From: an uncultured Planctomycetota bacterium
GTDB taxonomy: Bacteria; Planctomycetota; Phycisphaerae; Tepidisphaerales; Tepidisphaeraceae
Length of the DNA: 64,000 nucleotides
Direction: 5' to 3'
Assembly: GCA_963841915.1 (NCBI GenBank)
Contig: CAWJEN010000005.1
Location: forward strand, 384,001 to 448,000
The notes below the pieces were generated by a model. That model saw only the letters and a list, made by a program, of their open reading frames with translations. It did no database searches and had not been told where the DNA came from. Each line of letters begins with the position of its first letter. The stretch's first letter is position 1. The position numbers were made by a program, and so were the translations under genes. Positions 57,049 to 64,000 of the stretch are shown piece by piece.

Positions 57049-59001
57049 TCAGCCGGCGAGCTGGCGGACCTTCTTGGCAATGCCGTCGGGGTCGAGGCCT
57101 TGGTACCCCATCTGCTGCCAGAGGCCGCCGGGGCCTTCGCGGTAGGTGCCGATGTGGTTGTACTTCACGTGGGCACCGGCCTTGAGCAGGTAGGTGCCGA
57201 ATCGGCTGCCCAGACCCGTTTTGACGTTCCACTCTTCTGCAACGAGGCAGAAGCCTGTTTTGCCGATGCGGGCGAGGGTGTCGTTGTCGACGACGTTGAG
57301 CGTCGACTTGTTGATGAGGCCGACGTCGAGGCCGTCTTTGCGGAGTTGCTCGACGGCCCCGAGGGCGCGGTAAAGCGTGCTGCCGTAGCTGACGACGTAG
57401 CCGGCCGAGCCTTCGCGGATGACGTCATCCTTGCCGACTTCGAAGGTATACCCGCCGGCCGGGTCGAAGAACTCTTTACCGTCGCTGCCGAGGATGTTCG
57501 GGACGGCCGAGCGGTTCGAGTAGACGAATCGGCAGCCTTCGTCCCAGAAGATTTTCTCCAGGCACGCCTTCATTTGGTGACCGTCGGCCGGGAAGTAGAG
57601 GCGCGTCTTGTCGGGCGTGACGTCCTTGGCGGGTTCTTCGTCAAGGTCACTCTCGGGCAGGCCGTTGTCGGCGAAGAGGTTGTTGATGCCGAAGTGACAC
57701 GTGGAGTCGGCCATGTCGTCGACGCCGCTGTGGCTGAAGTGGCACAGCACGTTGCTCTTGTTGAGCCGAGCCATCGTCAGTTCGCTCAGGATCATCTCCT
57801 GAAATGCACTGAAGGTGGCGAAGATGCCCTGCTTGCCGTTGTGGTTCATGCCGAACCCGGCGGCGGCGCTGAAGGCGCCGCGCTCCATGACGCCCGTCTT
57901 GTGGTAGATCTCGGGGTAGGCCTTGCGGATGGCAGCAATGCCGGTCGAGCCTTCGAGGTCAGGGTCGATGACCATGACCTTCGAGCGGCGGTCTTCGTCG
58001 CTCATGGTGCCGAGGATGTCGACGACGATCGAGCCGAACAGGCTGCGGTTTTTGCTCTCGTTCTCGCTGGAGCCCTCGTACTTGGGCTGCTTGGGACCCT
58101 TCGAAATCTGCGTGTTGAGGTATTCCAGAGCCTTTTCGTACTTGCCCTGCTTCTCGAGGTAGGCGATGGCGGCCTTGACCGGTATGACGTCGTGGGCCTC
58201 GGGCTCGCCCTCGAGTTCTTCGCCCATACCGACGGCCATGCGGCGGACGTTGATCAGCGCCGCCGGCCCCTTTTTCTGCATGATCTTGTGGATGCGAAAG
58301 TGCAGGGCCTCAAGGTCTTCAGGATCGCCCGTGTCGACGAGCATGCCGTGGCCGGCAAGGGTCTGGCCGATGTCGTAGCCGGGAAGGTAGCGGCTGGGCT
58401 TGCCGGCAATCGTGACGTCGTTGGCGTCGACGAGGATCTTGATGTTGATGCCCAGCGACACCGCGATGCGGGCGGCCTCGGCGTCGTTGCCCTCCATCTC
58501 GCTGCCGTCGGAGCCGAAGACGACGACCGCCTGGTCCGGGTGGGCGAGTGCGACGCCATTGGCGTAGGGCCACATGTGACCGAGACGGCCCGAGCTGAAG
58601 GCGATGCCGGGCGTGTGACCGAGTTCCGGGTGACCCGGCAGGTGCTTTTCGAACTCGCGATAATGCAGCAATTGTTCCGCGTCCATGTGGCCGTTGATGA
58701 CCGACATGAGGTACTGAATGGCCACGCGGTGGCCGGCCTCGTCGAAGTAGATCGGGACGATCGGCTTGGAGTCGTGCCGCATCATCGCGTCGACGAGGAC
58801 GACCTCAGGCACGATGTCGAACGCCCCACCCGTGTGCCCGCCGAGTCCCTTGCCGGCGGCGATGGCGGTGAAGAAGACCAGAGCGTCACGGCACAACTGC
58901 ACGTTGTGCTTGATGGCGGCATGCTGCTCGTCGCTCATCGAACCCGCGGCCGGGTCGATGACGATTTTCTTGTAGCTCGACAGGTCGATCGGGAAGCTCA
59001 T
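57049..59001 (-). CDS. Transketolase family protein
   Basis: GGHTGG, DEAGH, LPGHPE, SSGRLGH, GSDGSEMEGN (ThDP motif variant), DLEGSTG. Confidence 0.85.
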   Translation of the reverse strand: MSFPIDLSSYKKIVIDPAAGSMSDEQHAAIKHNVQLCRDALVFFTAIAAGKGLGGHTGGAFDIVPEVVLVDAMMRHDSKPIVPIYFDEAGHRVAIQYLMSVINGHMDAEQLLHYREFEKHLPGHPELGHTPGIAFSSGRLGHMWPYANGVALAHPDQAVVVFGSDGSEMEGNDAEAARIAVSLGINIKILVDANDVTIAGKPSRYLPGYDIGQTLAGHGMLVDTGDPEDLEALHFRIHKIMQKKGPAALINVRRMAVGMGEELEGEPEAHDVIPVKAAIAYLEKQGKYEKALEYLNTQISKGPKQPKYEGSSENESKNRSLFGSIVVDILGTMSDEDRRSKVMVIDPDLEGSTGIAAIRKAYPEIYHKTGVMERGAFSAAAGFGMNHNGKQGIFATFSAFQEMILSELTMARLNKSNVLCHFSHSGVDDMADSTCHFGINNLFADNGLPESDLDEEPAKDVTPDKTRLYFPADGHQMKACLEKIFWDEGCRFVYSNRSAVPNILGSDGKEFFDPAGGYTFEVGKDDVIREGSAGYVVSYGSTLYRALGAVEQLRKDGLDVGLINKSTLNVVDNDTLARIGKTGFCLVAEEWNVKTGLGSRFGTYLLKAGAHVKYNHIGTYREGPGGLWQQMGYQGLDPDGIAKKVRQLAG

Positions 59002-59050
59002 AGGAACAACTTACGCAGCCTCCAACCAATGTCCTGCAAAGGGTGCCGGC

Positions 59051-60157
59051 TCAGCCGAACAACTCTAATTGTGCCGGCGGCTTGGCGAGCCGCACGTCGA
59101 AGCCGAGCTTCTCGGGCAGACCAAGCTTGTGCAAATGCTTCGGGAAGTCGGCAAAGCCGTGATGAGCGACCACGTGTTTCGGCCGCACGATTTCGAGCGT
59201 CTCCAGCAATTCGTCCCAGCTGGCATGGTCGCTCAACGGCAACACGTGCTCGACGCCGTAGCGGAATTGCGCGCCGCTCGTCAGGGCCCAGCCGCTCATC
59301 ATGATGCGGACGACGTTCTCGCCGAACTGAGCCGTCATGGCGCCGCGAGCGTCACGTGGCGGGCAGACGAGGACGCCACGCTGGCGAAGATCAAGCTGTT
59401 TGTCGCCGGAGAAGTCAGCCTTGTTGTACCTGCGGAGCTGCTCGTCGCGGCCGAGGTGCACGCCGAACTTGCGGTAGAACTGACTCATCTGCCAGATCGC
59501 ACCGTGCATCGTCACGGTGTGGCCGGCGTCGGTGAGAATGCGGATGTTCTCCTGGCTCTTGCCGAGCGAATAGCCGTGGACGACCGGCTGCTTGCCTTCG
59601 GCAAAGGCGACTTCCACCAGTTCGAGCAGTCGCTCCTCGACCTCGCTGGCCGGTGGGAAGCTGAAGTACGGGCTGCCGTAGGTCGACTCCATCACGAGTA
59701 CGTCTGCATGCCGCGGCTCGGCCTGGCGAATCGTGCGGCTGGGGCGCAGCTTGTAATCGCCGGTGTAAAGCAGTGTGCCGGCGTCACGCTCGATGAACGG
59801 CATCGCGCTGCCCAGTACATGACCGGCCGGCAGCAACGTGCAGCGGACGCCGTCTTCGAGATCGAACGGCTCGTCGTAAGGGTGCTCGACAACGCGTTGA
59901 GCGAGTCCGCAGCGATAGACGCCGATCGCGGCGGTTTCGGGCGTGCAGACGACGCGGCCGTGCAGCTTGCTGACGTCCGGCTCGGGTCCACGGTCGCCGT
60001 AGCACAGGTGATCGCTGTGGGCATGACTGACCAGGCAATTGGGCCGCGGCTTGCGGGAATCAAGGTGCCAGGGCAAACCTGCGAGTTTCAGGTCGTCCTT
60101 CCACTCGAACAAATCCTCAACACGCGGCACGAGTTGTTCTATGCCTGTACGGATCAC
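59051..60157 (-). CDS. MBL-fold (beta-CASP-type) nuclease
   Basis: SHAHSDH, AGHVLGSA, YTGDYK, MESTYG.P, YSLGKSQE, LSDHA..EL and HHG motifs. Confidence 0.88.
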   Translation of the reverse strand: MIRTGIEQLVPRVEDLFEWKDDLKLAGLPWHLDSRKPRPNCLVSHAHSDHLCYGDRGPEPDVSKLHGRVVCTPETAAIGVYRCGLAQRVVEHPYDEPFDLEDGVRCTLLPAGHVLGSAMPFIERDAGTLLYTGDYKLRPSRTIRQAEPRHADVLVMESTYGSPYFSFPPASEVEERLLELVEVAFAEGKQPVVHGYSLGKSQENIRILTDAGHTVTMHGAIWQMSQFYRKFGVHLGRDEQLRRYNKADFSGDKQLDLRQRGVLVCPPRDARGAMTAQFGENVVRIMMSGWALTSGAQFRYGVEHVLPLSDHASWDELLETLEIVRPKHVVAHHGFADFPKHLHKLGLPEKLGFDVRLAKPPAQLELFG

Positions 60158-60176
60158 AGGGACGCTACCGTCGGCC

Positions 60177-61436
60177 GTGGACCTCTTCGCCGGGCAACGC
60201 GACTCTAACCGCCGGCGGGCGATGCCGCTCGCGGCGAGGGTGCGGCCGCGGACGCTGGACGAATTCGCCGGTCAGCGTCACTTCCTCGCTGAGGGCATGT
60301 TGCTTCGTCGCCTGATCGACAGTGATCGGCTCGCCTCGCTGCTGTTTTACGGCCCGCCGGGTACAGGCAAGACGACGCTCGGACGCATCATTGCCGACAC
60401 GACCGCCAGCGCGTTTCGCCAGCTCAACGCCGCCTCGGCGACAGTAAAGGACGTTCGCACGATCCTCGACGAAGCCCGCCGTCGCGTCGAAGACGGCGGC
60501 GAGCGGACATTGCTGTTCCTCGACGAGATTCACCGCTTTTCCCGTAGTCAGCAGGACGTGCTGCTGGGCGATGTCGAAGAAGGCATCATCGTCCTGATCG
60601 GGGCGACGACGGAGAACCCTTTCTTCAGCGTCAACAGCGCGCTCGTCAGCCGCAGTCAGATCTTCCAGTTTCAGCCGCTGAGCCACGAAGACGTCGTCGC
60701 CCTGCTGCGACGGGCGGTTACCGACGAACGGGCATTCGGCGGAAAAGCGGTTGAGGTGGAAGAAGATGCGTTCGCCCACTGGGCCACCGTCAGCGACGGC
60801 GATGCCAGGCGCGCGTTGTCGGCCCTCGAAGTGGCGGTGCTGAGCCAGCCGAGCGGCAAAATCGACCTGGCCGCCGCGGAGCAGTCGATTCAGCGGAAGG
60901 CACTTCGCTACGACAAGCTCGGCGACGAGCATTACGACCACGCGTCGGCGTTCATCAAGTCCATGCGCGGCAGCGACGCCGACGCGGCGCTCTACTGGCT
61001 GGCCCGCATGCTCGAGGCAGGCGAAGATCCACGATTCATCGCCCGGCGACTCGCCATCTTCGCCAGCGAAGATGTCGGCAACGCAGATCCGCGGGCCATT
61101 GTCGTTGCCGACGCGGCGTGGAACCTCGTCGCCAAGCTCGGCCTGCCCGAAGGCAAGCTCACGCTCGCCCAGGCGACGATCTATATGGCGACAGCCCCGA
61201 AGAGCCGCGCGACTACAACGGCGATCGGCCGGGCGACAACGGATGTCAACGAGAACGGCACCCTGCCGATCCCGCGGAAGCTGCGGGACGCCCAGTATGC
61301 CGGTGCCCAACGTCTGGGCCATGGCCCGGCGGCAGCAGAGGATCAGACGGCCGACTACTTCGGCGTCGACGCGACGTACTACGAACCGGCCGACGCCGGC
61401 GAAGAGGCCGCGCTGCGATCTGATGAAGCGCCTTGA
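60177..61436 (+). CDS. rarA: Replication-associated recombination protein A
   Basis: PLAARVRP, GPPGTGKTT, DEIHRF, GATTENP, SAFIKSMRGSD.DAA, ASEDVGNADP. Confidence 0.95.
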   Translation: MDLFAGQRDSNRRRAMPLAARVRPRTLDEFAGQRHFLAEGMLLRRLIDSDRLASLLFYGPPGTGKTTLGRIIADTTASAFRQLNAASATVKDVRTILDEARRRVEDGGERTLLFLDEIHRFSRSQQDVLLGDVEEGIIVLIGATTENPFFSVNSALVSRSQIFQFQPLSHEDVVALLRRAVTDERAFGGKAVEVEEDAFAHWATVSDGDARRALSALEVAVLSQPSGKIDLAAAEQSIQRKALRYDKLGDEHYDHASAFIKSMRGSDADAALYWLARMLEAGEDPRFIARRLAIFASEDVGNADPRAIVVADAAWNLVAKLGLPEGKLTLAQATIYMATAPKSRATTTAIGRATTDVNENGTLPIPRKLRDAQYAGAQRLGHGPAAAEDQTADYFGVDATYYEPADAGEEAALRSDEAP

Positions 61437-61446
61437 GCTGTGCTCA

Positions 61447-61899
61447 TCATGCTGCCCGGCGGGCGCTGCCGACGGCTGACAGGATCTCGACGCCACAGAT
61501 GAGCTTCTTGTCGACGCGCCGGACCCAGATGTACTTCACCGGGAGCATGGAGCTTCTTGAGACCAGGCCGCGGCGGTCGGGGGCGGCAACGTGCAGGTAG
61601 GCGGTGCTGCCGGGCACGGCGGGGACGCGGTCGGGCAGTTCGAGCCCGATGCCGCTGTCGCTGATGTCGATCGTGTGGCCGGCGAAGTAGTGGCCGCCCA
61701 TCGGGTCCAGGAGCTTGACGCTGCGGATTTCGTGATGCCGCGGGCGACGACGGCGATTGCGGTCATCGAGCCGAGGGAATGCCGCCCCACCAGGCACGAG
61801 CCGGGGAAAAACGGGAGCGGTCGAATCGAGGGCGGCAGGCATCACCTTGTCTGTATCGGACGACGGCCGTCGAAACTTGAGACGCGACTTCGCGGCCAC
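61447..61899 (-). CDS. PilZ domain protein
   Basis: NRRRRPR (RxxxR) and DISDSG (DxSxxG) c-di-GMP motifs. Confidence 0.75.
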   Translation of the reverse strand: MAAKSRLKFRRPSSDTDKVMPAALDSTAPVFPRLVPGGAAFPRLDDRNRRRRPRHHEIRSVKLLDPMGGHYFAGHTIDISDSGIGLELPDRVPAVPGSTAYLHVAAPDRRGLVSRSSMLPVKYIWVRRVDKKLICGVEILSAVGSARRAA

Positions 61900-61950
61900 A
61901 AAACGGTTGTTCTCGGACCATCTACACTGACCACCCGCACGCGACTATCT

Positions 61951-64000
61951 ATGGCCTACCCCTTTCAAGAGATCGAGCAACGCTGGCAGCAAGCCTGGCG
62001 AGACCAAAGCGTTTACCGCGCTGCTGACCCGGACCAGACCGACAAGCCGGCGTTCTACGTGCTCGACATGTTCCCTTATCCCTCGGGCAGCGGACTGCAC
62101 GTCGGCCACCCGGAGGGGTACACGGCTACCGACATCGTCAGTCGGTACAAGCGCATGCGTGGCTTCAACGTGCTGCACCCGATGGGCTGGGACGCTTTCG
62201 GCCTGCCGGCCGAGCAGTACGCCATCAAGAACAACGTCCACCCGGCCGAAACGACAGCGAAGAACGTCGAAACCTTCCGCCGCCAGATCGAGATGCTCGG
62301 CCTGGGCTACGACTGGTCACGCGAAGTCAACACGACCGATCCGGCGTACTACAAATGGACGCAGTGGATCTTCCTGCAGATCTACAACAGCTACTTTGAT
62401 CCGCAGGAAAACAAGGCGATGCCGATCGCCCACCTCGAAAACGAACTGTTCAACGGCAACTACGTCGTCGCCCCCGACGGCTCGATCGTCAACAACCCCG
62501 TGCAGGAAGGCCTCGAAGCCATTGCCGGCGAAGCACACCTGTTCCGTCACTTCGAGAACCTGACCGATCAGGAGCGACGCGACGTCATCGACAACCAACG
62601 ACTGGCATTCGTCGACAACGTGCCGGTCAACTGGTGCCCCGAACTCGGCACGACGCTGGCCAACGAAGAAGTCGTCGACGGCAAGAGCGAGGTCGGTGGC
62701 CACCCCGTCGAGCGGCGGCCGCTTCGTCAGTGGATGCTGCGCATTACCGCCTACGCCGACCGGCTCATCGAAGACCTCGACGACCTGCAGTGGAGCGACT
62801 CGCTCAAAGACATGCAGCGGAACTGGATCGGCAAGAGCGTCGGCGCGACGATCGACTTCGACATCCGCGGGTTCGACGCCGCCGTTGAGGTCTACACGAC
62901 GCGGCCTGACACGCTTTTCGGTGCCACGTACATGGTGCTGGCGCCTGAGCACGAGCTGGTCAACCGGATCACAACCGAGCCGCAACGGGACGAGGTCGAG
63001 GCCTATGTCGCCGCCGCAGGCAGCCGCAGCGAGCGCGACCGTCAAGCCGACGCCAAGGAGAAAACCGGCGTCTTCACCGGCGCTTACGCGATCAACCCTG
63101 CCAACGACGAGGCGATACCGATCTGGATCGCCGACTACGTGCTCACGGGATACGGCACGGGCGCCATTATGGCCGTCCCGGCACACGACGAGCGCGACTT
63201 TGCGTTTGCCCGGAAGTTCGACCTGCCGATCGTGCAGGTGGTCGACACCGGCAAGCCGCTCGAAGACGCCGCCATCGCCGGCGAAGGCACGGCCATCAAC
63301 TCCGACTTCCTCGACGGAAAGACGACCGAGCAGGCCAAGGCGTCGATCATCGACTACCTCCACGACAAAGGCGTCGGCCGGCCTCGCACGAATTACAAGC
63401 TGCGCGACTGGCTCTTTTCACGCCAGCGGTACTGGGGCGAGCCGTTCCCGATCCTCCTCGACGCCGACGGCAACCATCACGCGGTCGACGAGAGCGAACT
63501 GCCTGTCACACTGCCCGAACTCGAAGACTTTAAGCCGACCGGCAGCCCTGAGGGTCCGCTGGCCAAGGCGACGGACTGGCTCACGGTCGAACGCGACGGC
63601 AAAACCTACCAGCGCGAGACGAACACAATGCCCCAGTGGGCGGGCAGCTGCTGGTACTACCTGCGTTACCTTGACCCCGACAACGCAGACAGGTTCATCG
63701 ATCCGGCTAAGGAAGCGTACTGGATGCCCGTCGACCTCTACGTGGGAGGCGTCGAGCACGCGGTGCTGCACCTGCTGTACGCCCGATTCTGGCACAAAGT
63801 GCTCTATGACCTGGGCCACCTCGGCACGAGCGAGCCGTTCCAGCGGCTCGTCAATCAGGGGATGATCCTGGGCGAGACCGAGTACAGCGTCGGCGACGAA
63901 TCCGTGGCAGCCGACGAGGTCGAAAAGCAAGGCGACGGCTTCGTGCGGAAAGCCGACGGCCAGCGGGTCGACGCCAAGGCCCACAAGATGAGCAAGTCGC
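61951..64000 (+). CDS. leuS: Leucine--tRNA ligase (runs off the window end)
   Basis: [55 protein letters not shown] at the window end. Confidence 0.97.
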   Translation, partial: MAYPFQEIEQRWQQAWRDQSVYRAADPDQTDKPAFYVLDMFPYPSGSGLHVGHPEGYTATDIVSRYKRMRGFNVLHPMGWDAFGLPAEQYAIKNNVHPAETTAKNVETFRRQIEMLGLGYDWSREVNTTDPAYYKWTQWIFLQIYNSYFDPQENKAMPIAHLENELFNGNYVVAPDGSIVNNPVQEGLEAIAGEAHLFRHFENLTDQERRDVIDNQRLAFVDNVPVNWCPELGTTLANEEVVDGKSEVGGHPVERRPLRQWMLRITAYADRLIEDLDDLQWSDSLKDMQRNWIGKSVGATIDFDIRGFDAAVEVYTTRPDTLFGATYMVLAPEHELVNRITTEPQRDEVEAYVAAAGSRSERDRQADAKEKTGVFTGAYAINPANDEAIPIWIADYVLTGYGTGAIMAVPAHDERDFAFARKFDLPIVQVVDTGKPLEDAAIAGEGTAINSDFLDGKTTEQAKASIIDYLHDKGVGRPRTNYKLRDWLFSRQRYWGEPFPILLDADGNHHAVDESELPVTLPELEDFKPTGSPEGPLAKATDWLTVERDGKTYQRETNTMPQWAGSCWYYLRYLDPDNADRFIDPAKEAYWMPVDLYVGGVEHAVLHLLYARFWHKVLYDLGHLGTSEPFQRLVNQGMILGETEYSVGDESVAADEVEKQGDGFVRKADGQRVDAKAHKMSKS

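Noticed and set aside
56653..59304. Long antisense ORFs (this one, 35120-37333, 703-2457, 5692-7413, 52076-53608)
   Set aside because: Typical stop-poor shadows of high-GC3 genes with no recognisable motifs.

Overview
High-GC bacterial chromosome segment, most likely a planctomycete of class Phycisphaerae. This is inferred from Planctomycete-extracellular 'E-x-L-E-x-R-x-L' N-termini, a prepilin/H-X9-DG protein, PEP-CTERM and dockerin-like proteins, an aroD-aroE fusion and STQP motifs. Most of the window is housekeeping genes (fba, purA, ktrB/ktrA, surE, dapA, aroDE, rplM, rpsI, sppA, argG, transketolase, rarA, partial leuS), two tRNAs and several large secreted proteins. Eight parS palindromes (GTTCCACGTGGAAC) suggest the window is near the origin; six of them sit in three composite pairs that share an exact 17-bp GC motif. 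The most unusual structure is a REP/RAYT (HUH tyrosine transposase) system. It includes a nested-truncation REP array at 21.5-22.1 kb and two complementary RAYT fragments. A 2.2-kb cargo bounded by outward-facing REP copies splits the ktrB-ktrA pair; it holds a lipase-like toxin C-terminus and two tandem lipoprotein genes with variable cores (putative immunity genes). Many genes have a TAnnnT box 4-8 nt before the start codon, suggesting widespread leaderless transcripts. All family calls come from motif recognition by eye; no searches were run.
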